Origin: Chiloscyllium plagiosum
Taxonomy: Eukaryota
Length of the DNA stretch: 58,043 nucleotides
Direction of reading: 5' to 3'
Assembly: GCF_004010195.1 (NCBI RefSeq)
Contig: NC_057735.1
Span: 40,103,600-40,161,642 of the forward strand
Made by a program: the position numbers and the translations under genes. Below are positions 38,700 to 49,700 of the stretch, in pieces; position 1 is the first letter of the stretch; the number at the start of each line of letters is the position of its first letter. The notes beneath the pieces are model-generated. The model saw only the letters and a program-made list of their open reading frames with translations. It had not been told where the DNA came from and searched no databases.

Positions 38700-40350
38700 T
38701 CATGAGACCATAAAAAGACCATAAGATATAGGTGCACAGTTAGGCCACTCGGCCTATCAAATCTGCTCCACCATTCGATTATGGCTGAGATATTTCTCAA
38801 CCCCATTCTCCTGCCTTCTCCTGGTAACCCTTGACCTCCTACTAATAAAGGACCTATCTATCTCTGTCTTAAATGCACTTAATAACTTGGCCTCCACAGC
38901 CCTCTGCAGCAATGACTTCCACAGATTCCCCACCCTCTGGCTGAAGAAATTCCCCCTCATATCAGTTTTGAAGCATCATCTCTTTACTTTGAGGCTGAGC
39001 CTTCGTGTCCCAGTCTCTCCTGCTCATAGAAATATCTTCGCTATGCCCACTCAGTATTCTGTAAGTTTCAATCAAATCCCCCACAATTTCATCCTTCTAG
39101 GTACAGACCTAGAGACCTCAATCGCTCCCTATGACAAGCCCGTCATCCCTGGGGTTATACTTGTAGTCCTCCTCTGAACCCCCTGCAATGCCAGCACATT
39201 CTACCTTACATACAGAGCCCAAAACCGCTCACAATATTCCAACTGCAGTCTGACCAGACCCTAATACAGTCTCAGCAGTATATCCATGCTCTCGTATTCT
39301 AGCCTTCTTGAAATGATAGCTAACATTGTATTTGCCTTCCTAACTGCCAACTGAACCTGCATGTTAACCTTAAGAGAATCCCGAACTAGGACTCCTAAAT
39401 CCCTTCAGATTTCTGAAGTCTTGCCCCATTGAGAAAATAGTCTATACCTCTATTCTTCCCACCAAAGTGTATAACCTCACACTTTCCTAATTTTATTCCA
39501 TCTGCCACTTTTTGCTCACTCTCCTAACCTTTCCTGGTCCTTCCCCAGCCTCCCTGCCTGCTCAAAACTACCTTTGTGCCATTTGAAAGGTTAACAACAT
39601 GGCCCTCAGTTCCCTTGTCTCTATCATTAATGTATTATGTGAATAGTTGTGGTCCAAGCACTGACCCCTGGTGAGCTCCACTAGTCACTGGCTACCATTC
39701 TGAAAAAAGTTCCTTTATCCCTACTCTCTGCCTTCTGCCAGTCATCCAATCCTCTATCCATGCCAGTATATTGCATGGGTTTTCCCTTATTTAGCAGCCT
39801 CCTGCATAGCACCTTGTCGAAGACCTTCTGGAAATCCAAATAGATCATGTCCACTGGCACTCCTTTGTCTAACTAACTCATGACCTCTTCAAAGAATTCT
39901 AACAGATTTGTCAGGCATTACCTCCTCTTGATGAGACCATGCTGACAATGTTTTACCATACACTTCCAAATACTCCATAATTTCATTCTTAATAGACTCT
40001 AAAACCTTACCAATGACTGAGGTCAGATTAACTGGCCTATAATTGCCAGTCTTCTGCCTTTTCCTCCTCCTTGAACGGGTGTTACATTAGCCATTTCTAA
40101 TTTGTTTGGACTTTTTCTGACTCCAGTGATTCCTGAAAGATCACCACCAATGCCTCACCAATCTCCTTCAGAACTCTGGGGTGTAGTCCATCTGGTCCAG
40201 GTGATTTATCCACCTTCAGACCTTTTCAGTTTCCCAGAACCTTCTCCTTAACGATAGCCATTATACTCACTTCCCCCTTCCCTGACTCTCATGAAATTCT
40301 GGTATGCTGGTGATATGTTCACAATAAAGACTATTCAGTTCCTCTGCCAT
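38700..40350 (-). mobile_element. 5'-truncated CR1 LINE
   Basis: Minus ORF RGNFFSQRVGNLWKSL; YLDFQKVFDKV near 39810-39845; (cataaga)-type tail at 38700-38730. Confidence 0.85.
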
Positions 40351-41244
40351 TTCCTACTTCCTATTTGCTGACCTCCTGGTAATGCTTTCACTCTCACCTG
40401 CAATGGCCTCATTTTCTCCTTGTCTTCAGTCGATCTGTGAGATGTGATCTGGGGCTCAGTATTATTATTATTATTCTGTTACTTTTTAACCCATATTAAT
40501 AATTCTTAAAATTTTACTTATTTTTTATCTCCATTGTTTTGGTGTTAAATATTTTATCCTTTTTGGCACAGATGTGCTGATAATATGCAGTACAACCTAT
40601 TCAAATATTTTGGGAGGAGTGCAGCCTAACTCGGTGGACCCTTTTGGGGCTGTGCTGTGAGCAAACACACAAGCCACACTCTAATCCCCACATTAAATAT
40701 CAGAAGTAAACAGACAGAAAGCTTTCTCTGTGATTAAACTAATGCTGCAAAATGATCCCTACAACCTTGTGCATTAGTTGGGCACTAATGGAACAAATCC
40801 CCCACCACAACACTTGGCCGCAGTATAGACTCAAGCTCCCAGCGCCAGCATGGGCTCTACTCCTGACTTCCAGCCTCAGCATGGACTCAGACGTCTGGCC
40901 TCAATATGGACTTGACTCCAAACTCCCAGCCTCGAGGTGAACGTCTGGATTGAAAAGACTGCTATTCTGAACTCTTACTTCTTTAATTTTCTAATTTATT
41001 ACTGGACTTTTTTTTCTAAAATCTTTCCCCCCAAGAATTTGTACTTAACAATCTGTAATTAGGCACCTTGGTACTTAAGATGGCACTGTAAGTGGCAACT
41101 TGTGAACTTTCCACTGTACTCATGTGAGTACATGACAATAAAGCTAATTCGTCTTGTGTTTTTGTATTTCTTGCACACCATACACAAGGTCCTGCGGGTG
41201 GTGAATGTTCAAGCATGTTCCAACTGACAGAATCTCTCCTGGAG

Positions 41245-41452
41245 CAACAAAAACAGAAATTGCTGGAAAAAATCAGTAGGTCTGGCAGCATCTGTGGAGA
41301 GAAATCATTTAATTTTTCTGGATCAGTGACCCTTCCTCAGACCCAAAATATTAACTCTGATTTCTCTCCACAGTTGCTGCCAGGCTTGCTGAGCTTTTCC
41401 CGCAATTTCTGATTTTTTTGCTGATTTCCAGCATCTGCAGTTCTTTTGGTTC
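41245..41452. mobile_element. Older Penelope-like palindromic element
   Basis: Imperfect inverted arms, the same ttccagcatctgcag terminus, and a CUGAGGA remnant on the minus strand. Confidence 0.6.
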
Positions 41453-43454
41453 TCATAGTCTATAGAATTGTCTAGTACTGAACAAGGCCATTTGGTCCCT
41501 TTGTACCTGTGCTGGCCCCTGAGCTGTCCAATTAATCTCACTCCCCTTTTCTTTCCCCCTTAGCTCTACAAAGTTTACGTTTCAACGTTTTTGTAACAAG
41601 GCCTTTGGTGACAGAATTGCATCAAGTGCTAGTTTCTTGGCTGTATGAAGGAAGTGAGGGCTGTTTAGAGGTTGCAGAGGAGATTTACTTGAACAGTCCC
41701 TTGGATGAAAGCTTTTAGCTCCAAGGTCAGATTGGATTGTTTTCCTTGGTGAAAAGGAGATTGAGGGAAGATTCGATATAAGTGTACATGATGATTTAGA
41801 TAAGGAAACACTGTTGCCATGAGCTGATCGTACCAGAGTTAGGAGACTCATTTAAGGTTTGGGAAGGGGATGTCAAGGAGGACCCCTTAACATAATGAGT
41901 GGTAACAACCTAGAATCTGTTGCCCATGAGAGTAGTTGAAGCAGAGATAAGCAATGATTTAAAAAATATATTAAGTCACACTTGTGGAAAGTTAGTTTGC
42001 AGAGCTACAGGGATAGAAAGGTGGAATGGAGCTGACTGGATTGCTCTACGCGTACTCAGCATGAGCTAAATGGACTGAATGGCCTTTCCTGTGCCATAAT
42101 ACCTCTAAGACTCTGCAAGTGCAATTCCCTTTACAAAAATACTATTAAATCTCCTTCAAACACCTTTTCAGACATTGCATTCCAGATCACTACAACTGAT
42201 GTGTGTAAAAATAATTTCTCCTCATTTTGCCAATTATCTTAATTCTGTGAAAACTGGTTACAAACACCCCTCCCAATGGAAACAAACACTATTTACCAAC
42301 TCCATCTAAAACCTTCATGATTTTGAACACCTATTAAACTTACAATGTTCTTTGCTTTAAGGAGAACAATCTCAGTTTCTATAGGGTTATTGGAGAAAAT
42401 TTGCATTTTCCCCAATTCTCACTTGGATGTAGTTTAGTTTTGTATGTTACCAGGCTCTGGATGTGCTGGAATTGTATGTTAACAGCGACCAGAGTCATGT
42501 GAACACTAATGCTTCGAAAGGGCACTGTGTCCATCTATTTGTTGTTTTAAAAACAAACAAGACAGATCTGATAAGTTGGTCACACCTAGATCATCAAAAC
42601 TCATCTTGTCTCTTTGCAAATGATAACTAAGAGCACTTTCTGTTTTTATTTCAAACAATGTAAATATTATTTCGCCTTTTTAATGAATCACGATTTTCAG
42701 AATTTCGGGCATTTGAGTTGCAACAACAATGCATTCACATCTCATGAAGAAAAACTCACAGTTCAATGTTTGTGAATGATATTTATTTAACAAATCTGTA
42801 GTACGTAAATGACATGATGCAAGCTCTATTAAAATATAAGCAAGATTCCTTCATTCTTTACAATACTTTGAAGTATATTTTACAGGGGCGCTGTCTTCAA
42901 CCTTTGTTGACTGGCAAGTACAAAATCTTTATGATGTATAAGTCATGATGGCAGTGATTATTTTAGTTCTTCATTCATTTATAAAGAAAAATATTTTGAT
43001 AAGCTTGTAATTTCAAATGAGTCCTTTCTTTAAAGATCACAGCACTGCTAAATGGTTGGCTTTAATGCAAGAAATAAATGTTTTATTGATTTTTATCGTT
43101 GTCTGCTTACCAAAGTTCACCATGCCATAGTTAATAGTTGTTTAGTGAGGTATGAGTAGATAACAAGTATGAGTACAAATGAGAGGGAAGCCGGCCAACA
43201 GATAAATGTGGTTGGAGAAAATTATGTTCAGTCTGCTTGTTTTGCTTTCTTTTATTGTTGTTTAAAACAGTCTGATGATATACTTATCAAGGAAAGTACC
43301 TTAGAGGTAAAATCCTTTGAGACACAATACTCAGACAGAAGTAAGTATACCTGCCTCAGAACTGTTCCTGTTACAACATAAAGGAACTGAACGCTTGCAC
43401 TCACTCTATCATAAAAGTACTGGCAAAACATACAACCCATTCCAACCACACTGT

Positions 43455-43795
43455 GGGTGGCATGGTGGCTCAGTGGTTAGCACTGCTGTCTCACAGTGCC
43501 AAGGACTCAGGTTTGATTCCAGCTTTGGGAACTTCTGTGTGGAGTTTGCACATTCCCACTGTGTCTGCATGGGTTTCCTCTGGGTGCTCCAGTTTCCTCT
43601 CACAATCAAAAGATGTGCAGGTTAGTTGGATTGGCCATGCTAAATTGCCCATAGTGTTCAGGAATGTGTAGGTTAGGTGCATTAGTCAGGGGTAAATGCA
43701 GAGTGATAACGTAGGGGAATGGGTCGGAGTCGGTCACTCTTTGGAGGTTCAGTGTGGACTTGTTGAGCCTCTTTCTACTCTGAAGGGATTCTATG
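43455..43795 (+). mobile_element. Full-length HE1/V-SINE-like element
   Basis: A box 43466-43476, B box 43510-43520, core gtggagtttgcacattc..gggtttcctc, gattctatga tail. Confidence 0.85.
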
Positions 43796-44014
43796 AAGAA
43801 CTGCACATGTTCCAGAGGTGCCCCCCCTAGTGTTGCAGTACAAGTAAACATAGCCAGGTTGAACTTCCATCCTGCGCTTCAAAATTGTGCAACAGGATTT
43901 TTTACATCCACCTGAGAAGGAAGGTGTGGATTGGCTTAGAGTCTCATCTGAAAGATAGCTTCTCTGATGGCACAGCACCAAGTTTGCACAGCACAACAGC
44001 TTCAGCTGTTAATT

Positions 44015-44278
44015 TATAGCTTTAAATTAAGGGGGGGTAGGTATAGGACAGATGTTAGGGGTAGGTTCTTTACTCAGCGAGTCGTGAGTTCATGGAATGC
44101 CCTGCCAGTAGCAGTGGTGGACTCTCCCTCATTATGGGCATTTAAGCGGGCATTGGATAGGCATATGGAGGATAGTGGGTTAGTGTAGGTTAGGTGGGCT
44201 TGGATCGGCGCAACATCGAGGGCTGAAGGGCCTGTACTGCGCTGTATTCTTCTATGTTCTATGTTCTATGTTCTATGT
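44015..44278 (+). mobile_element. Young CR1 LINE 3' end
   Basis: RGRFFTQRVVSSWNALP..FKRALDRHM followed by a (TTCTATG)n tail; CpGs retained. Confidence 0.85.
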
Positions 44279-44639
44279 CTCTGGAATGGCCTAACTTAAC
44301 CTTCTGATTCAGAGGCATATGCTCTTCTAACCTAACAACTGACACCTAATCTAAACATCAACTATTTTTCTTCTTAATGACCAGCCTGACATGTGTATTT
44401 GTAGGGTTTTTTTGTGCTTTTTGTTATCATTCCATCTGGAAGAGTTACACAGAAACCACGGAACAACACAGATATCAAAGCCTTGTTGCATATTGTAGCA
44501 TAATTATCTTGCTTGCTTCTTTTAAATACTTAGTCAACATAACTCATAATGAAACAGCTTCATGGACAACCTTGGGCTGAAATGTAAATGTTTCTATTTT
44601 TAAGTTTCAAGGTAAGTTGATAATAATTGAGAGGATTGA

Positions 44640-44720
44640 TTGTTTACGTTGACCTGTACATGTGAGCAAGCAAATAGCCGTCCCTGCTGAGCAAACAGGT
44701 CAAAAGTTCAGGAAGTTCCA
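44640..44720 (+). promoter_or_regulatory. Candidate ELF3 upstream enhancer (FOX, DR2 nuclear-receptor element, ETS)
   Basis: TGTTTAC 44641, GCAAATA about 44670, GCAAACA 44691, AGGTCA-AA-AGTTCA 44697-44710, CAGGAAGT 44709-44716. Confidence 0.45.
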
Positions 44721-45049
44721 CCTTAATTGTTTTTCCAGTTGGTAATAGTTGTCGTGTCAAATGACACTTCTCAAAATGCTCTATGTTTCTAGGTGCCAGT
44801 GTAGCTCAGTGGTAGTGCCCCACTCCAGATACTGGAGAACATAATCTGTACTAACACTTTAGTGTAGGGGAGGGAGTGAGCAGAGTGAGAAGGGATGTCC
44901 TTTATCTGAGCTGTTAATCTGCAGCCACATTGCCCTTTCAGGTGTCTGTGAAAAATCCTATTCTACTATTTTAAAGATGATCTGAGAAGTTCTAGGAATA
45001 TCCTAGGCAATATTTATTGCTTATTTAGCATAACTAAGTATAGATTTAT

Positions 45050-45310
45050 TCCTTCACAGGACAAGGGTGTCACAGGCTAGGTAGCATTTATTGCCGATCC
45101 CTAATTGCCCGGAGGGTAGTTTAAAAATCAGCCATGTTACTGTGGGTCTGGAGCCACATATAGACCAGACCAGGTAAGGATGGAAGTTTCCTTCCCTAAA
45201 GGACATTAGTGAACCAGATGGGTTTTTCCAATAATCACCAATTGATTCAGGGTCATCATCAGACTCTTAATTCTAGATACTTACTGAATTCAAATTCCAC
45301 CATCTTACCA
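45050..45310 (-). mobile_element. tRNA-derived SINE (13320 family)
   Basis: Reverse complement matches the 13400-13640 body. Confidence 0.7.
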
Positions 45311-46104
45311 GGTCCCAGGATTGAGGGACAGTCTGATTGTGGTGTATCGAGTGTTTGATTGGATAGATTTGAAGAAAATATTTTCTCAGATAAGGACTCA
45401 AGAACAATCTTAAAACTACAGCCAGGCCATTTAGGAGTGAAATTAGGAAATGGGTTTTCACATGAATGATAGTGGAACTCTGAAATTCTCTTAGGTGTAG
45501 GTACAAAATCTGTAGGTGCAGGTGAGGTCTTCAATACAGGGGTTTTCTTTACAAAGCAAGGCGGCTAAATGAGGGTGAGGTACAGATCAATGATTTCATG
45601 ATTATGCAGAGCATCAGCCAACTCTTGCCTCAAATCGAACAGCACCAGCAGTCAGCACAGAGGCGCTTCTTCCACAGAGATCAGACGGGGGCAGCAGAAA
45701 ACAACTTGTAGCAGCATCCACCTGTTCGCCGGTACTGCAGCAGGTGTAACCTCAACTTGGCTCCGTTGCAAAATAAAAAAAAACGTGTGCGCTGAGTCAG
45801 AGTCTCCACACACACACACGCACACACACCGGAGCCAAGAAGCTGTACTAGTGGGAGCGGGGCGACTCCCACACTGAACTTGCCCTCACGGCTCTGCAGT
45901 GTTTACCATTTTGCAAGCTTCCAGTTCGAAAGAATTGGAAAACAAACCCGACTCGCGCTTTAATCGCAACCCTGCAACTTTCCCCGCGATAAAGCCTTAA
46001 TATTTGGCACATTATCTGAAATCATTACAAAACCTGTGGGTTAGAGTTTGCTGGCAATGATTAATGGGAGGGATCTGGTTTCCCGGCAGTAGCTTGGCGA
46101 GTTG

Positions 46105-46262
46105 GCCAACTTCCAGGTGTATAATGTAATGCGTTTTCTCCATCTCCCTCCTCACCTTCTTTATGCAAATCTGTCCTCGGTGACCGTGGCCCTGGCTCAG
46201 GTAGGAATTCCCCTGAAGGTGGAGTTTCTGCCTGAAGAAATTCCAAGCGATTTCTATATAAA
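46105..46262 (+). promoter_or_regulatory. ELF3 core/proximal promoter
   Basis: TATATAAA 46255-46262; NF-kB site GGAATTCCCC 46204-46213; octamer ATGCAAAT 46163-46170; ETS core ACTTCC and E-box CAGGTG about 46109-46119; locally CpG-enriched. Confidence 0.75.
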
Positions 46263-46284
46263 GTGGCAACCAGGTAGCAGTTCG

Positions 46285-46412
46285 GGTAAACGGCAGGTGT
46301 AGGTGTGGATGTGAGAATCTTCAATCAATCAGGGCGCAGACATATAAAACAAACACCCCCAGCTCTTCTGAAGGTGCGGATTACAACTCCTGCTTTTGAG
46401 CGGATCTTCAAG
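46285..46412 (+). other. ELF3: Inferred non-coding exon 1 of ELF3 (TSS approximate)
   Basis: Starts about 30 nt after the TATA box; donor CAAG|gtaggt at 46412/46413 pairs with the acceptor at 46578. Mammalian ELF3 also has a non-coding first exon. Confidence 0.6.
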
Positions 46413-46583
46413 GTAGGTATGACCGTGCAGGGGGAGTGCAAAAGCAGGCTGCGGCTATGAAACCGATTAAAATTCACTCAATTTCAGCATGCGTTAAGTT
46501 TTCTCTCTCGCTTTCTCTCTGAGTGATGTTTGAGGTCTACACATGGTCCGGATTTTAATACACCTTCCCTGTCTTCAGGAGTT

Positions 46584-46722
46584 ATGATGGCTTCAACCTA
46601 TGGGATTGGGAATATTCTGACGGATGTGATGCGCTCCATGTATCAAACAGAAGAGAATCAGCTTCTCTCCACGGGAGTTAAGGAACAGTTTCCCAGCCCA
46701 ATGTTACCAACAGACCTGCTCG
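46584..46722 (+). CDS. ELF3: ELF3 coding exon 1 (gene exon 2, starts 46579)
   Basis: Acceptor cttccctgtcttcag|GAGTT, then ATG ATG GCT; donor CTC G|gtaaga. Confidence 0.9.
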
Positions 46723-49700
46723 GTAAGAGAGAGAGAGAGGCAACTGAGTGAAAGAAATACAGCTTGAAATATTATATTTTAGATAAATTACTGTCTTTTT
46801 TAAAATATATGTATATATGTCTTGGTATACAGCGTGAGATAAATCAGACCAACGGTTCCCGAGTGCTCAGGATAATCCCCCTCACTTTCTGCGATTTGTT
46901 TGTTCAGCTGTTTCCAAGATTTAACTAAAACCGATCGCTAATTTCAAAACTGGGACGATTTTGATAGTAATTGCGCGCCACCCACCGGAGTTACCTCGGG
47001 CGGTATTAGTTTCTGTGAAATCAACAAAGAGCCGCTTTTGCTGGGGATCTGAAACAAAAGCAGAGCTTGCTGGTGAACCTCAGCATGTCCGGCAGTGTCT
47101 CGAGAAAGAAGATCAAGAGTCATAGGCTCACCCGACTCGAAAAGAAGACTCTTGCTTCCTCTCTCTCGACCAAGATGCCCTAGATCTGCTGAATTTCTCC
47201 AGCAATTTCAGGCTTTTTTTTTCAAATTTTCCTGCCGATTTGCAAGTTTGTGACATAGCACCCAACCGAAAATGACCTGCCCACGGCTTCGTGGAAAGCC
47301 ATCATTGACCAGATGTTGGCTTTCAGGAAATAAAATGTTCAAAGTACATGTTTGTTTAGAATGGGATGTTGATGTAAGTATGAGCGATGTTTGCTAGTTA
47401 CTCCCAGCTTGACTCTGGAGAAAGGTTTTCCAAGGCTACACACCTGTTGAGCTGTGGGTTAGCCACTGGGTATTCTTTTTTTTTAATTTTTAAAAATTAA
47501 TATCTAGATTCCACCTCTTGGTTTCAACTGGATCCTCTGTTGTGGAGCAAGCAGCATGTCTTGGAGTGGATCAGTTACCATGTTGAGAAGCACAAGTATG
47601 ATGCCAATAATATCGACCTGTCCTTCTGTGATATGGATGGAAGCACTCTTCGGATACTATCCAAGAGCCAGTTGGTAGCTATCTTTGGTCCACTGGGCGA
47701 AGAACTGTACAAAAGCCATCAAGATTTAAGCAAAAACAGTAAGTAAAGCAACAATTGTATGATGACCATCTGCGAGGGAAAGTGTCTGTTTATCCGTGGG
47801 CATAGTCTCTGACCTTGTGGGGAAATGCCCAGTGTAAACACTGAACGGGACTGGGCGAGGGGAGGACAGTCATAACTAAGAAGCAACTGGTAGACTTCAC
47901 TCAGTGACTAGTGTGAGCTTGCCATCTGAGAGATATGGGGAGCCCGCAGTTGATTATTTTTGATCTAGAATGACTGTGGCGCTAGTGCTCAATGACTGTA
48001 TTGCCTTGTAAATAAACTGGAAACAAAAAGGAGTGGCTTTAGTGAGCGACTTCAAAAGTTAATTACCAACTCGCATGAACATTTTGGTTATTGAAATTTT
48101 ATTTAAAATTTATGAACTAAATAGCTGTGGTAAGGTTTTTTTTAAGGTGTCTGTTCTTCTGACCTAACAGTCTTGCAACTTATTTTTGATGTACAGTTTC
48201 CAAGATTAAAATATAGATTAACTTTCCTTTTCTGTTGGTGCCAGGTTTTGATTTAATGCTGCCTGATGACTTCAATGACATCCTTTTGCCCAGCATCCTG
48301 CCAGAAGACAGTAGCGACTACAAGTTTCTGGACCCTGCAATTTGTAAGTTAATTTTAAAGCCTTTGTTTTTAAAGGATTCTCCCAACTGAATTCCCAGCC
48401 TCCATTGTCTTCAGTTCAGTGTTGCATGAGTATTACTGGCTGCACTTGAGCTCTGAGCTAATGTAAATGGGAACATTTTATCCTGGGACTTCATGGTTTG
48501 GTGCCAGCTTTTTGTATACAGGAGAGACCAAGCCCCTTGGTCACTTAAAGAAAGGAACATAATGTGAGGTTCTTGTAGAACAAAGGTTCATGGTGCGGGA
48601 GGAAATGTGAGCTGAGTAAGAGATGGAGCTTATAGTTCCTAACTATTACACAAACAAAATAATGTGTATAAGCCTGGGAGCCCATTGGACACACTGGCTT
48701 TTTTTCTCTTTTGCTAACATTAGTGAGCAGAAGCGAAATCTACATACCATGGGCAAGTGTAGCAAATCTTGAGTTTTAAAAGCTCAGTGAAGTTTGGGAG
48801 GTTTCGAGGGTGCAGATTTGAAGCTTAAATCCTGCCAGTTTCTCATAAAAAGTGTGCTAGGAAGCACAGTCACAGAATTGCTGACTTCAATATACATTGA
48901 CCAAGTCAAATTCATTTGCATTGGATTGCCAGCAGGAGACAGATTTAGGAATGAGTGGCACCTTTGCTAGAGATTTGCTTATCTCTGGCAATAAAAATTA
49001 AATTAACCACCATTTGAGATGAGAGCAAATGATATTTGACCCCTCTCTTATCTGCCAACTGCTGTGTCCTTGGCTGAATGACTGTCGGGGAATTTCCACA
49101 CTCGCTTCTTAATCTTGAGGTGATGACTATATTTTACTTTTTTGGATAGGTGACTTTTACTCTGCTGTTTGTGTAAGCAACTCTTTGTATTTTTGCTCTT
49201 AGCCTGGAATGAATTAGAGTCACCAGACCATTGGAAAACCTTGCCTGGTTTCCCACCCAGTGACCCTGGCTATGAATCTGCACCCACCTCTCCATACAGT
49301 GTTGATGACTCCAATCCAGGTGAGTATTCTGTGACAGAGTTCCAACACAAGTATATGGTAATCTGAGCCTCCTATAAACACTAAGGTGCTCATGGTTGAT
49401 CGATGGGCAAATGACTGATAACTCAATATTAAAATTAAAATCTGTACATTCTTTGAAAGCATTTTGGAGTACAACAATCTCACCAGTTAGTTAAAAAGCC
49501 ACCAATTTTACTGAAGTTCTTTAATTTACAATAAACTGCCAAAAGCCATTGCGTCATATACTAAATTTCTTTTTAAATGAATTGAGTATGTTTACCTGTA
49601 TGAATCAATATAGGAGCTGAAAAGTGTGGCACTCGAATAGCACAGTCGGTCAGGCAGCATCCGAGGAGGAGGAGAATCAACATTTCCTGCTGTGCTTTTC

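Noticed and set aside
40790-40940. CRISPR-like array
   Set aside because: Eukaryotic context, degenerate units, no unique spacers and no cas genes.
43455-43525. tRNA gene
   Set aside because: A/B boxes continue into a SINE body and tail; the same applies at 13320, 34938 and 44790.
1-44000. Exons of a neighbouring gene such as RNPEP (adjacent in mammals)
   Set aside because: No recognisable coding exon found by eye; small exons cannot be excluded without a search.
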